This document shows positions 35,107 through 48,609 of a stretch of 64,000 nucleotides of DNA, piece after piece; the stretch's first letter is position 1; each line of letters opens with the position of its first letter. A program made the translations under genes and the position numbers. The stretch is from the NCBI RefSeq assembly GCF_057098645.1, contig NZ_CM169472.1. One strand, written 5' to 3'. A model generated the notes under the pieces. It was not told the origin of the DNA. It worked only from the letters and a program-made list of their open reading frames with translations, and did no database searches.

Positions 35107-36033
35107 ATGATGAAAATAGAGCCTTCAATTTTGCCTTCTCTTGCCTGGTTTGCGCTGATTGTTCGTGCCGGCAGTTTTTCCAGAGCCGCTTCTGAAATGG
35201 GTATTACGCGGGCCGCATTGTCTCAGAATTTAAAATCTCTTGAGGAACGTCTTAACACCAAGCTGATATACCGTACGACCCGCAATATGTCGCTTACTGA
35301 GGAAGGACAGCGTCTGTATGAAGTGCTGGTGTCGGCTTTGGGGCAAATTGATGATGTTTTGAAAGATGTTGGTGATACCCAACTTGAACCTACAGGCCTG
35401 TTGAGAATAAATTCCTCCCGTGTTGCAGCACGGATGCTTGTTGAGCCTCATATTGGCGAGTTTCTTACTCGTTACCCCAAAACAAAGATAGAACTCATTA
35501 TGGATGACGGTTTATCTAACATTATTGCGGACGGCTGTGATGTGGGCATACGTCTTGAGCAAGGACTGGATGAGCATATGACTGCCGTTCCTGTTTCTCC
35601 GCTTATTAAACTGGTTACTGTGGCATCGCCAGATTATTTAAAAGAACACGGTATTCCTGAAACGCCTCAGGAACTGAGTAACCATAATTGCCTTCGGTTG
35701 CGGCATAAAAGTAGCGGTGCACTCTCTGCATGGGAGTTTTCTAATGTTGTGGGGGGTAATGAAGAGTTCGAAATAGAGGTTTCAGGTAAGTATATTTCTA
35801 ATGATGACGAAAGCATGATACGAATGGCGCTGAATGGAACGGGTATCATTCAACATCTGGATTTTGCAATCGCTGAACATATCAATGCGGGCAAGTTACA
35901 GCCGATTCTTGAGGATTGGGCTGTTTCATTTCCTGGATTTTATATTTATGTTTCATCACGGGTGAGAATGCCCTCTAAAGTTCGTGCTTTTATTGATTTT
36001 ATGGTGGAGAAAAGAGTAAAAATAGAAAGTTAA
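35107..36033 (+). CDS. LysR-family transcriptional regulator; start at MMKIEPSILPSLAWF
   Basis: ORF track 35044..36033 trimmed; HTH FSRAASEMGITRAALSQNLKSLEERLNTKLIYRTTR. Confidence 0.8.
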   Translation: MMKIEPSILPSLAWFALIVRAGSFSRAASEMGITRAALSQNLKSLEERLNTKLIYRTTRNMSLTEEGQRLYEVLVSALGQIDDVLKDVGDTQLEPTGLLRINSSRVAARMLVEPHIGEFLTRYPKTKIELIMDDGLSNIIADGCDVGIRLEQGLDEHMTAVPVSPLIKLVTVASPDYLKEHGIPETPQELSNHNCLRLRHKSSGALSAWEFSNVVGGNEEFEIEVSGKYISNDDESMIRMALNGTGIIQHLDFAIAEHINAGKLQPILEDWAVSFPGFYIYVSSRVRMPSKVRAFIDFMVEKRVKIES

Positions 36034-36173
36034 TGTTGTGTGTCAGAATATCGGTAAGAAGAATGGCGCAATCGTGAGGATACGTTTATTCATAATAAAT
36101 CTCCTGAAAGTTTAGAATTATTTTCGATACAGCCAGATTATCATTGTTACTAATAATGTGGCTAAAATAATAG

Positions 36174-39041
<2,868 letters not shown>

Positions 39042-39480
39042 TTATCGTTCATGAGAAGCATAACGTAAAGAGAAGAGCTCGATTAGACGGCAGGATTTGT
39101 CAGGGGTTATGAACGAAATTCATAAATCTGTTTGAGTGTTGAGATGAGTAGTACAAGTTCGATATCCCCGCAATTTACAGTCCGATAAAGGAAAATGAAT
39201 ATTCATAAAAAATATATCGGTTTATCCTGGCGTATATACCTACTTCGACGTATTTCCAATAGTTGTTAATTAAAGGTAGGCCATTATTATTCACTCTGAA
39301 TAATGAATTATTCACTGTCCGCAGAGTAAAAAATATAACTTAGGTATCTATTTAATGACTTGCACAAAAAGCTAAATTTTCACCCATAAATAAAAATATA
39401 ATCCCGCGCCCAACCACCTGATGAGTGGCTACAGGCACTGGATATATTAGGTGGCGGTGTACTTTCTTACATAAAGGTAT

Positions 39481-39525
39481 TTCCTTTTCTGCGGAAAAGG
39501 AAACCGGGAAATCCCCGGTTTTTCT
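39481..39525 (+). terminator. Tandem hairpins followed by a T-run in the eaeH 5' leader, terminator or attenuator-like
   Basis: ttcctttt ctgcgg aaaaggaa (8-bp stem) directly followed by aaccggg aaatc cccggtt (7-bp stem) and ttttct, ending 67 nt upstream of the eaeH ATG. Confidence 0.4.
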
Positions 39526-39591
39526 GACAAGCAGACGCCATTATTTGTGTCTGCCTATGTTCGTTAATTCGTTCATCAGGAAATTATCTCA

Positions 39592-42500
39592 ATGTCACGT
39601 TATAAAACAGGTCATAAACAACCACGATTTCGTTATTCAGTTCTGGCCCGCTGCGTGGCGTGGGCAAATATCTCTGTTCAGGTTCTTTTTCCACTCGCAG
39701 TCACTTTTACCCCAGTAATGGCGGCACGTGCGCAGCATGCGGTTCAGCCACGGTTGAGCATGGGAAATACTACGGTAACTGCTGATAATAACGTGGAGAA
39801 AAATGTCGCGTCGTTTGCCGCAAATGCCGGGACATTTTTAAGCAGTCAGCCAGATAGCGATGCGACACGTAATTTTATTACCGGAATGGCCACCGCTAAA
39901 GCTAACCAGGAAATACAGGAGTGGCTCGGGAAATATGGTACAGCGCGCGTCAAACTGAATGTCGATAAAGATTTCTCGCTGAAGGATTCTTCGCTGGAAA
40001 TGCTTTATCCGATTTATGATACGCCGACAAATATGTTATTCACTCAGGGGGCAATACATCGTACAGACGATCGTACTCAGTCAAATATTGGTTTTGGCTG
40101 GCGTCATTTTTCAGGAAATGACTGGATGGCGGGGGTGAACACCTTTATCGACCATGATTTATCCCGTAGTCATACCCGCATTGGTGTTGGTGCGGAATAC
40201 TGGCGTGATTATTTGAAACTGAGCGCCAATGGTTATATCCGGGCTTCTGGCTGGAAAAAATCGCCGGATGTTGAGGATTATCAGGAACGCCCGGCGAATG
40301 GCTGGGATATTCGTGCTGAGGGCTATTTACCCGCCTGGCCGCAGCTTGGCGCAAGCCTGATGTATGAGCAGTATTATGGCGATGAAGTCGGGCTGTTTGG
40401 CAAAGATAAACGCCAGAAAGATCCACATGCGATTACCGCTGAAGTGAATTACACGCCAGTACCTCTTCTGACCCTGAGTGCCGGGCATAAGCAGGGCAAG
40501 AGTGGTGAGAATGACACTCGCTTTGGCCTGGAAGTTAATTATCGGATTGGCGAACCTCTGCAAAAACAACTCGATACAGACAGCATTCGCGAGCGTCGGG
40601 TACTGGCAGGCAGCCGCTATGACCTGGTTGAGCGTAATAACAACATCGTTCTTGAGTACCGCAAATCTGAAGTGATCCGTATTGCTCTGCCTGAGCGTAT
40701 TGAAGGTAAGGGCGGTCAGACACTTTCCCTGGGGCTTGTGGTCAGCAAAGCAACTCACGGACTGAAAAATGTGCAGTGGGAAGCGCCGTCATTACTGGCT
40801 GAAGGTGGCAAAATTACCGGTCAGGGTAGTCAGTGGCAAGTAACGCTCCCGGCTTATCGTCCAGGCAAAGACAATTATTATGCGATTTCTGCGGTTGCCT
40901 ACGATAACAAAGGCAATACCTCAAAACGCGTGCAGACAGAGGTGGTCATTACCGGAGCTGGTATGAGCGCCGATCGCACGGCGTTAACGCTTGACGGTCA
41001 GAGCCGTATTCAAATGCTTGCTAACGGTAATGAGCAAAAACCGCTGGTGCTGTCTCTGCGCGACGCCGAGGGCCAGCCAGTCACGGGCATGAAAGATCAG
41101 ATCAAGACTGAACTAGCCTTCAAACCGGCTGGAAATATTGTGACTCGTTCCCTGAAGGCCACTAAATCACAGGCAAAGCCAACACTGGGTGAGTTCACCG
41201 AAACTGAAGCAGGGGTGTATCAGTCTGTCTTTACTACCGGAACGCAGTCAGGTGAGGCAACGATTACTGTTAGCGTTGATGGCATGAGCAAAACCGTCAC
41301 TGCAGAACTGCGGGCCACGATGATGGATGTGGCAAATTCCACCCTGAGCGCTAACGAGCCGTCAGGTGACGTGGTTGCTGATGGTCAGCAAGCCTATACG
41401 TTGACGTTGATTGCGGTGGACTCCGAGGGTAATCCGGTGACGGGAGAAGCCAGCCGCTTGCGATTTGTTCCGCAAGACACTAATGGTGTAACCGTTGGTG
41501 CCATTTCGGAAATAAAACCAGGCGTTTACAGCGCCACGGTTTCTTCAACCCGTGCCGGAAACGTTGTTGTGCGTGCTTTCAGCGAGCAGTATCAGCTGGG
41601 CACATTACAACAAACGCTGAAGTTTGTTGCCGGGCCGCTTGATGCAGCACATTCGTCCATCACCCTGAATCCTGATAAACCGGTGGTTGGGGGTACAGTT
41701 ACGGCAATCTGGACGGTAAAAGATGCCTATGACAACCCTGTGACCAGCCTCACGCCGGAAGCGCCGTCATTAGCGGGTGCCGCTGCTGAAGGTTCTACGG
41801 CATCGGGCTGGACAAATAATGGTGATGGGACGTGGACTGCGCAGATTACTCTCGGCTCTACGGCGGGTGAATTAGAAGTTATGCCGAAGCTAAATGGACA
41901 GAATGCGGCAGCAAATGCGGCAAAAGTAACCGTGGTGGCTGATGCGTTATCTTCAAACCAGTCGAAAGTCTCTGTCGCAGAAGATCACGTAAAAGCCGGC
42001 GAAAGCACAACCGTGACGCTGGTGGCGAAAGATGCGCATGGCAACGCTATCAGTGGTCTTTCGTTGTCGGCAAGTTTGACGGGGACCGCCTCTGAAGGGG
42101 CGACCGTTTCCAGTTGGACCGAAAAAGGTGACGGTTCCTATGTTGCTACGTTGACTACAGGCGGAAAGACGGGCGAGCTTCGTGTCATGCCGCTCTTCAA
42201 CGGCCAGCCAGCCGCCACCGAAGCCGCGCAGTTGACGGTCATCGCCGGAGAGATGTCATCAGCGAACTCTACGCTTGTTGCGGACAATAAGGCTCCGACC
42301 GTCAAAACGACGACGGAACTCACCTTCACCGTGAAGGATGCGTACGGGAACCCGGTCACCGGGCTGAAGCCAGATGCACCAGTGTTTAGCGGTGCCGCCA
42401 GCACGGGGAGTGAGCGTCCTTCAGCAGGAAACTGGACAGAGAAAGGTAATGGGGTCTACGTGGCGACCTTAACGCTGGGATCTGCCGCGGGTCAGTTGTC

Positions 42501-43845
42501 TGTGATGCCGCGAGTGAACGGCCAAAATGCCGTTGCTCAGCCACTGGTGCTGAATGTTGCTGGTGACGCATCTAAGGCTGAGATTCGTGATATGACAGTG
42601 AAGGTTAATAACCAACTGGCTAATGGACAGTCTGCTAACCAGATAACCCTGACCGTCGTGGACAGCTATGGTAACCCGTTGCAGGGGCAAGAAGTTACGC
42701 TGACTTTACCGCAGGGTGTGACCAGCAAGACGGGGAATACAGTAACAACCAATGCGGCAGGGAAAGTGGACATTGAGCTTATGTCAACGGTTGCGGGAGA
42801 ACACAATATTTCCGCTTCGGTGAATGGTGCTCAGAAGACGGTCACGGTGAAATTCAACGCGGATGCCAGCACCGGTCAGGCAAACCTGCAGGTAGACACC
42901 GCCGTTCAAAAAGTGGCAAACGGCAAAGATGCCTTTACGCTGACGGCGACCGTTGAGGATAAAAATGGTAACCCTGTTCCAGGGAGCCTGGTGACCTTTA
43001 ATCTGCCCCGGGGTGTCAAGCCGCTTACAGGCGATAATGTCTGGGTGAAAGCCAACGATGAGGGGAAAGCAGAGTTGCAGGTGGTTTCAGTGACTGCCGG
43101 AACGTATGAGATCACGGCATCGGCAGGGAATAGCCAGCCTTCGAATACGCAGACTATAACGTTTGTAGCCGATAAGGCTACCGCAACCGTCTCCGGTATT
43201 GAGGTGATTGGCAACTATGCGCTGGCGGACGGCAAAGCCAAACAAACGTATAAAGTTACGGTGACTGATGCCAATAACAACCTGTTGAAAGATAGCGAAG
43301 TGACGCTGACTGCCAGCCCGGCTTCGTTAAACCTGGAACCGAATGGCACTGCGACAACGAATGAGCAAGGGCAGGCTATTTTCACCGCTACCACTACTGT
43401 TGCGGCGACATACACACTCAAGGCGCAAGTGAGTCAGAACAATGGTCAGGTATCAACGAAAACTGCCGAATCTAAATTCGTTGCGGATGATAAAAACGCG
43501 GTACTCACCGCATCATCTGATATGCAATCTCTGGTGGCGGATGGGAAATCGACTGCGAAGCTGGAGGTGACACTGATGTCGGCAAACAACCCCGTTGGGG
43601 GGAATATGTGGGTCGACATTCAGACGCCGGAAGGGGTGACGGAGAAGGATTATCAGTTCCTGCCGTCGAAAAATGACCATTTCGTGAGCGGAAAAATCAC
43701 GCGTAAATTTAGTACCAGCAAGCCTGGTGTCTATACGTTCACATTTAACGCCCTGACGTATGGCGGGTACGAAATGAAGCCAGTGACGGTGACCATTACC
43801 GCGGTGGATGCCGATACGGCAACGGGCGAGGAGACGATGAAATAA
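39592..43845 (+). CDS. eaeH: Intimin/invasin-family outer membrane adhesin EaeH/FdeC (1417 aa), uninterrupted
   Basis: ORF track; N-terminal inverse-autotransporter beta-barrel region followed by many Ig-like repeats (repeated ...TVTAKDAYGNPV... modules). Confidence 0.85.
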   Translation: MSRYKTGHKQPRFRYSVLARCVAWANISVQVLFPLAVTFTPVMAARAQHAVQPRLSMGNTTVTADNNVEKNVASFAANAGTFLSSQPDSDATRNFITGMATAKANQEIQEWLGKYGTARVKLNVDKDFSLKDSSLEMLYPIYDTPTNMLFTQGAIHRTDDRTQSNIGFGWRHFSGNDWMAGVNTFIDHDLSRSHTRIGVGAEYWRDYLKLSANGYIRASGWKKSPDVEDYQERPANGWDIRAEGYLPAWPQLGASLMYEQYYGDEVGLFGKDKRQKDPHAITAEVNYTPVPLLTLSAGHKQGKSGENDTRFGLEVNYRIGEPLQKQLDTDSIRERRVLAGSRYDLVERNNNIVLEYRKSEVIRIALPERIEGKGGQTLSLGLVVSKATHGLKNVQWEAPSLLAEGGKITGQGSQWQVTLPAYRPGKDNYYAISAVAYDNKGNTSKRVQTEVVITGAGMSADRTALTLDGQSRIQMLANGNEQKPLVLSLRDAEGQPVTGMKDQIKTELAFKPAGNIVTRSLKATKSQAKPTLGEFTETEAGVYQSVFTTGTQSGEATITVSVDGMSKTVTAELRATMMDVANSTLSANEPSGDVVADGQQAYTLTLIAVDSEGNPVTGEASRLRFVPQDTNGVTVGAISEIKPGVYSATVSSTRAGNVVVRAFSEQYQLGTLQQTLKFVAGPLDAAHSSITLNPDKPVVGGTVTAIWTVKDAYDNPVTSLTPEAPSLAGAAAEGSTASGWTNNGDGTWTAQITLGSTAGELEVMPKLNGQNAAANAAKVTVVADALSSNQSKVSVAEDHVKAGESTTVTLVAKDAHGNAISGLSLSASLTGTASEGATVSSWTEKGDGSYVATLTTGGKTGELRVMPLFNGQPAATEAAQLTVIAGEMSSANSTLVADNKAPTVKTTTELTFTVKDAYGNPVTGLKPDAPVFSGAASTGSERPSAGNWTEKGNGVYVATLTLGSAAGQLSVMPRVNGQNAVAQPLVLNVAGDASKAEIRDMTVKVNNQLANGQSANQITLTVVDSYGNPLQGQEVTLTLPQGVTSKTGNTVTTNAAGKVDIELMSTVAGEHNISASVNGAQKTVTVKFNADASTGQANLQVDTAVQKVANGKDAFTLTATVEDKNGNPVPGSLVTFNLPRGVKPLTGDNVWVKANDEGKAELQVVSVTAGTYEITASAGNSQPSNTQTITFVADKATATVSGIEVIGNYALADGKAKQTYKVTVTDANNNLLKDSEVTLTASPASLNLEPNGTATTNEQGQAIFTATTTVAATYTLKAQVSQNNGQVSTKTAESKFVADDKNAVLTASSDMQSLVADGKSTAKLEVTLMSANNPVGGNMWVDIQTPEGVTEKDYQFLPSKNDHFVSGKITRKFSTSKPGVYTFTFNALTYGGYEMKPVTVTITAVDADTATGEETMK

Positions 43846-43877
43846 TATTAAGAATATGAAGTAACATTCTAATAAAC

Positions 43878-43916
43878 AATAATGGCGTTGACATCTTCAA
43901 CGCCATTATTTATTGA
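43878..43916. terminator. Bidirectional rho-independent terminator between convergent eaeH and ykgA
   Basis: Perfect 14-bp inverted repeat aataatggcgttga catct tcaacgccattatt followed by tattga. Confidence 0.6.
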
Positions 43917-43964
43917 ATTGCCTGACAGTAGTCTCGTTATAAGTTCATTTAGATATAGCGACAG

Positions 43965-44855
43965 CTAAACCGGACGAACGGGGATAAAAATTTCGCAAAC
44001 AATGTTATTGCTATCAATTTCGACGAAGTTTTCATTGTAATAAAACCGCTCAATATCACTGCCGTTCACTCTGGCTAACCCCCTGGCGGGTAATTCCATC
44101 AGATAGAGGTTTCGCGCCCATTCAGGGTAGTGCTCCCACTCACCTTCATAGCGGAAAGAGGCATACAGTCCTCGGTTAATTGTCCACTCTTTCGGCATCT
44201 CTGAATCGGTTTGTTTGCATACCGTACCGGCAAAAGTTTCAACCGTGAGCAAATCGACCGATTTTGTTGACGGTTCAAACGTGGAGACGAAATAGATATC
44301 CGTCTTAAAATTATTCATACATCTGGCTAAATGATGACGTCGCAGTTTTACTTCTTCATCCGGTGATTTATTCGACACTTCAATATCATATTTAAATGAA
44401 TTGCCAAAAATAGGTGTCTCAGGAAAGTTGACTAATCTACACTCCGTCTTTTGCTGTTGACGTATTAAAAAAGAAGGGTAGATATTTGCGAGATCCCAAT
44501 AATCACGGTGGCGGTATACACGGGGAGAGCAGCCGAATAACTTTTTAAATTCGCGGCTGAATGACTGCTGTGAATCAAAATGCAAAGAGAGTGCAATATC
44601 AAGCATAGATTTCGCGGTGAGCCGGACAAGAATGGCGGCACGACAAAGCCTTCGTTTGCGAATGTATTCTCCCAAAGGCACATGCATGAAATTTCGGAAC
44701 AGAAGCTGGATGTTGCGTCTGCTGTAGCCAGATTTCTGTGCGATATCTTCGATTGAAATAGGGTGCTCAAGATTGCACTCAATCCACTCCAGGAGCTGCT
44801 GTAGAATCTTCTGCCTGATCATCACATTCTCCGTTAATTCTTTGTCATATCGCAC
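43965..44855 (-). CDS. ykgA: AraC-family transcriptional regulator with C-terminal effector (GyrI-like) domain, uninterrupted
   Basis: ORF track; AraC HTH IEDIAQKSGYSRRNIQLLFRNFMHVPLGEYIRKRRL...; position between eaeH and rclC. Confidence 0.7.
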   Translation of the reverse strand: MRYDKELTENVMIRQKILQQLLEWIECNLEHPISIEDIAQKSGYSRRNIQLLFRNFMHVPLGEYIRKRRLCRAAILVRLTAKSMLDIALSLHFDSQQSFSREFKKLFGCSPRVYRHRDYWDLANIYPSFLIRQQQKTECRLVNFPETPIFGNSFKYDIEVSNKSPDEEVKLRRHHLARCMNNFKTDIYFVSTFEPSTKSVDLLTVETFAGTVCKQTDSEMPKEWTINRGLYASFRYEGEWEHYPEWARNLYLMELPARGLARVNGSDIERFYYNENFVEIDSNNIVCEIFIPVRPV

Positions 44856-45055
44856 ATTTTCGTTATGCCCTGGGCCCTAAGTGTATCAAAAACAGCAAGG
44901 GCGAAGGCAAAAGCACTGGTAGCGTCTGCTTCGTTGTCCCCGAAAATAGAGAGGTTTCAGTCCTACATTATTAATGAATTTTTTGCATAAGTGATATCAA
45001 AATCCACATACTAATTTGAGGTTACGTTTTAACGTAGACTCATTGTTCATGCCTA

Positions 45056-45949
45056 ATGTGCCTAATGGAGGGACTGACAGTGGAATTTTCCGTATTAAGT
45101 AACAATCTGAAAATGCCGATGATGGGATTTGGTGTTTTTCAGGTTACCGATAAAAACGTGTGTAAACAGTCAGTGTTGAACGCTATCCGCACGGGTTATC
45201 GACTCATCGACACTGCAGCGGTATACGGTAATGAAGATGCTGTCGGTGAAGCCGTTCGTGAAGCCATATCCGAAGGTTTATGTACCCGAGAAGAGTTATT
45301 TATAACGTCTAAATTGTGGGTGCAGGATATGTTGAATCAGGATACGGCAGCAGCAGGTATTGAAGCATCATTAAAAAAATCGGGACTAGAATATTTCGAC
45401 CTCTATTTATTGCATCAGGCTATGCGCGATTATTTCAGTGCGTGGCGTGCACTCGAAGATGCCTATGAAGAGGGCAAATTAAAAGCGATTGGGGTTTCCA
45501 ATTTCTATCCTCATGTTCTGGCGAACTTTTGTGAAACGGTAAGAGTTAAACCGATGGTCGACCAGGTCGAGTTGCATCCCTATTTTGCCCAACCAGAGGC
45601 GCTGGCAACCATGAAGTATTATAACGTGCAGCCTGAAGCATGGGCTCCGTTAGGTGGTGGACGACATAAACCCTTTGAAAATAATCTGCTTCAGAGTATT
45701 GCAGATGCCCATCAAAAATCGATTTCTCAAGTCATTCTGCGTTGGAATATTCAACGGGGAGTGGTCGTTATTCCGAAATCGACACATCAACAGCGTATCG
45801 AAGAAAATTTTGCTATCTGGGATTTCTCACTGACAGAGAAAGAAATGGCACAAATTAGTTCGCTTGATTTGGGTTATGTTGGGGAGTCGGTAAAACATTT
45901 TAATCCTGAATTTGTTCGTGGTTGTCTTGCTGTAAAAATACATGATTGA
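45056..45949 (+). CDS. Aldo-keto reductase (paralog of 38175..39026); true start possibly the GTG at about 45076 after a ggaggg RBS
   Basis: ORF track; LKMPMMGFGVFQVTD...[14 protein letters not shown]...IGVSNF. Confidence 0.8.
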   Translation: MCLMEGLTVEFSVLSNNLKMPMMGFGVFQVTDKNVCKQSVLNAIRTGYRLIDTAAVYGNEDAVGEAVREAISEGLCTREELFITSKLWVQDMLNQDTAAAGIEASLKKSGLEYFDLYLLHQAMRDYFSAWRALEDAYEEGKLKAIGVSNFYPHVLANFCETVRVKPMVDQVELHPYFAQPEALATMKYYNVQPEAWAPLGGGRHKPFENNLLQSIADAHQKSISQVILRWNIQRGVVVIPKSTHQQRIEENFAIWDFSLTEKEMAQISSLDLGYVGESVKHFNPEFVRGCLAVKIHD

Positions 45950-46108
45950 TATTAATCATGTATTTTACCTGAGACGACAAGAATCTTTTAACAGGGGAGT
46001 GATATTGATCTTCACTCTGTCATATCTCCGGTAATATGGCGTCAGGCTTCATCATCAGAAAGGGGGCCTGACGCCTGAAAAAGTGAACAACAGACAGTGT
46101 TCGGATTA

Positions 46109-46702
46109 TCAATATTCAGTTTTTAACGTTGAACTGGATTCATTACTGCGTTGTTTAAGAATTTCCCGCGCCGAATCTGCCATTATCATGACAGCACCTG
46201 CCAGCATCAGAGTATCTTTCAATACCAGGCGACCAGCACCGGATAAATAAGGGAAACCATGATGAGCGTCACCCAATGCGGGTACCCATGCCTCCGGGGT
46301 GGTGATTAAAAATGAGAGTGTTACCAACGGTGTGGTAAATGCCATCAGCCCTCCCAATAAACCTAACCAGCGATTGACAGGATTAGCCAAAACCAGCAGA
46401 GCAATAATCACCTCCACGACGCCAAGACCGTTGGAAAAACCATAGGTATTATTGGCCGATTGCCATGCCCTTGCTTCTGGTTTGTATTCGCCTTCGTGAG
46501 TCAGATACTGTTTATAGTCTTCCGGGTGTTCATAAAAGAACGACATTAGTGGACTGTTTGCGACGAATGGTGTAATGCTGTCTGCCTCGTAAGGGACAAA
46601 CTTTAATAACCCAATCCACATAAAAACAATCGCAATACTCAGACGAATCAATGTCAGGCCAATTTTATCTCCCCGACTTAACAGGTGCAGGTATTTTTCC
46701 AT
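46109..46702 (-). CDS. rclC: Reactive chlorine resistance inner membrane protein RclC (DoxX-like, 197 aa)
   Basis: ORF track 46109..46711 trimmed to MEKYLHLLSRGDKIGLTLIRLSIAIVFMWIGLLKF. Confidence 0.85.
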   Translation of the reverse strand: MEKYLHLLSRGDKIGLTLIRLSIAIVFMWIGLLKFVPYEADSITPFVANSPLMSFFYEHPEDYKQYLTHEGEYKPEARAWQSANNTYGFSNGLGVVEVIIALLVLANPVNRWLGLLGGLMAFTTPLVTLSFLITTPEAWVPALGDAHHGFPYLSGAGRLVLKDTLMLAGAVMIMADSAREILKQRSNESSSTLKTEY

Positions 46703-46713
46703 TGTGAACATCC

Positions 46714-46950
46714 TTATTTATACAATACTGCTGTTGCGGTTGAATTATTATCAATTCGCATCGATGTGACTTTCCAAGATGAAGCATTATATTTTCTGGC
46801 TATATCAGCAATGGCATCCTCCAGAACTGTCGGTGATGCTGATACTGACGAGACGCTGATATGTTTCAGAATTATTTTATCATCTGCATTGGTGGAAAAT
46901 GCTATAACGCCAGATAATAGTGTTGCAAATAAAACGGATTTTTTAAACAT
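46714..46950 (-). CDS. rclB: Reactive chlorine resistance periplasmic protein RclB (DUF1471, 78 aa)
   Basis: ORF track 46714..46965 trimmed to MFKKSVLFATLLSGVIAFSTNA (signal peptide). Confidence 0.8.
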   Translation of the reverse strand: MFKKSVLFATLLSGVIAFSTNADDKIILKHISVSSVSASPTVLEDAIADIARKYNASSWKVTSMRIDNNSTATAVLYK

Positions 46951-47058
46951 ATAAAATACCATCAATGAAGTGATTAAGAAGTTATAGAGTAACAGGGAAT
47001 TAATAAGATTCTTTTCTCTGAGACGCCAGAATATTTGTTCTGGCGTCTGATTTTGAGT

Positions 47059-48384
47059 TTATTTGACTAATGAAAATAGATCATTGAGTGATTCGCTCAT
47101 CGACGGATGAGTAAATATCTGATCGCGTAATATGCTATAAGGCAGCCCGGCATCCATCACCATTTTCACTATATTAATCATCTCGTGGGAGTCAACACAC
47201 AGCAGTGATGTCCCTAATATACGTTGGGTTTTATTATCAACAATCGCTTTTAATACCCCACGGGTATCGTTCATCACTCTGGCGCGCGGAATTGCAGCTA
47301 CAGGCAATGTCACCACCTGAATATCAGCACCACTCTCTCTGGCTTGTTCTTCTGTCATACCAACCCTGGACAGGGGCGGTGTCATAAATACGGAATAAGG
47401 CACATTTTTCCGATCATCAGTACTACGTTTGCCTTCACCCAGTAACTCATCACGTACAATGCGGTAATCATCCAGTGATATGTAAGTAAATTGCAGCCCG
47501 CCGGTAACATCTCCCATCGCCCAAATATTGTCTGTGGTGGTATGTAATCGCTTGTCAACGACAATTGCCCCGCGCTCGTTTACTGCGATACCGGCATTTT
47601 CTGGATGTAACGAAGCGGTAGCCGGTTGACGACCGGAAGCTATTAACAGTGCATCCACCGCCAGTTGGGCGTGCTCGCTATGCACTTGCACTTGATTTTC
47701 ATGGTGACTGATTCGCTCCACATGGGCATTGAGGATAATATCGACGCCCTGATCGCGTAAAATCGTCGCGATATTATCAGCAATATCCCGTTCTTCCCGA
47801 GGCAAAAACAGCGAAGCTGCTTCTAAAATGGTTACTTTGCTGCCAAAATTAGCGAACATAGAGGCGAACTCAACGCCAATATATCCGCCGCCCAAAATAC
47901 CTAAATGCCCAGGCAATTCTTTTAGATTAAGTAATCCGGTGCTGTCATATACTCCTGGCGTGGTGGTAATTCTAGGAATTGGCGGAACCACGGTTTGTGC
48001 ACCGGTATTAATAAAAATTTTCTCGCCATGAATTTCCAGATTTCCCTCAGGCCGATGAACACGCAGGCTATGATTATTGATAAACTCCGCCTGGCCGTCG
48101 ATCACGTCGATATTGGGCATATCCGCAAGATTATGAAAATTCTTATTACGTAAAAAATTAACCACTTCATTTTTACGCTGTATGGCACGGACAAAATCTG
48201 TGTGCTGCTGTGCGTCATGAATCAATGTTTTGGTTGGGATACAGCCGATATTAATACAGGTCCCGCCATACATTGCATTTGATTGTTCGATGAGAGCCAC
48301 TCGCCAACCTGCTTTTGCCAGCGTGACGGCTAATGTTTTTCCAGCCTTGCCAAAACCAATAATCACTGCCTGATATTTATTCAT
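47059..48384 (-). CDS. rclA: Reactive chlorine resistance flavoprotein disulfide reductase RclA (441 aa)
   Basis: ORF track 47059..48411 trimmed to MNKYQAVIIGFGKAGKTLAV; FAD motif and redox-active CINIGC. Confidence 0.9.
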   Translation of the reverse strand: MNKYQAVIIGFGKAGKTLAVTLAKAGWRVALIEQSNAMYGGTCINIGCIPTKTLIHDAQQHTDFVRAIQRKNEVVNFLRNKNFHNLADMPNIDVIDGQAEFINNHSLRVHRPEGNLEIHGEKIFINTGAQTVVPPIPRITTTPGVYDSTGLLNLKELPGHLGILGGGYIGVEFASMFANFGSKVTILEAASLFLPREERDIADNIATILRDQGVDIILNAHVERISHHENQVQVHSEHAQLAVDALLIASGRQPATASLHPENAGIAVNERGAIVVDKRLHTTTDNIWAMGDVTGGLQFTYISLDDYRIVRDELLGEGKRSTDDRKNVPYSVFMTPPLSRVGMTEEQARESGADIQVVTLPVAAIPRARVMNDTRGVLKAIVDNKTQRILGTSLLCVDSHEMINIVKMVMDAGLPYSILRDQIFTHPSMSESLNDLFSLVK

Positions 48385-48609
48385 GATGATTTCCTGTCGA
48401 AACGCGTTCATTTGACATCATGACTATAGACGCAAAAGAGCAAATAACATTTCTTCACAACGCTTGATATTTTGTCTTATCGTCTGGTATTTTCTTTTTC
48501 TTAATCAGAATCACAAAACAAAAATCATGATTAACTATTTGATGGTATTAGATTAGTTATTGACTAAGATTGTTGGTGTTTGTAATCAAAAACCACTCAG
48601 GAGTCTGAT

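Noticed and set aside
39425-39718. 97-aa plus-strand ORF spanning the eaeH leader hairpins and start
   Set aside because: Overlaps the eaeH start out of frame and includes the hairpin and T-run; the region is better explained as an RNA structural element.
40145-43421. Several 60-140 aa ORFs on both strands inside eaeH
   Set aside because: All are embedded in the long repetitive eaeH reading frame; they are shadow ORFs.
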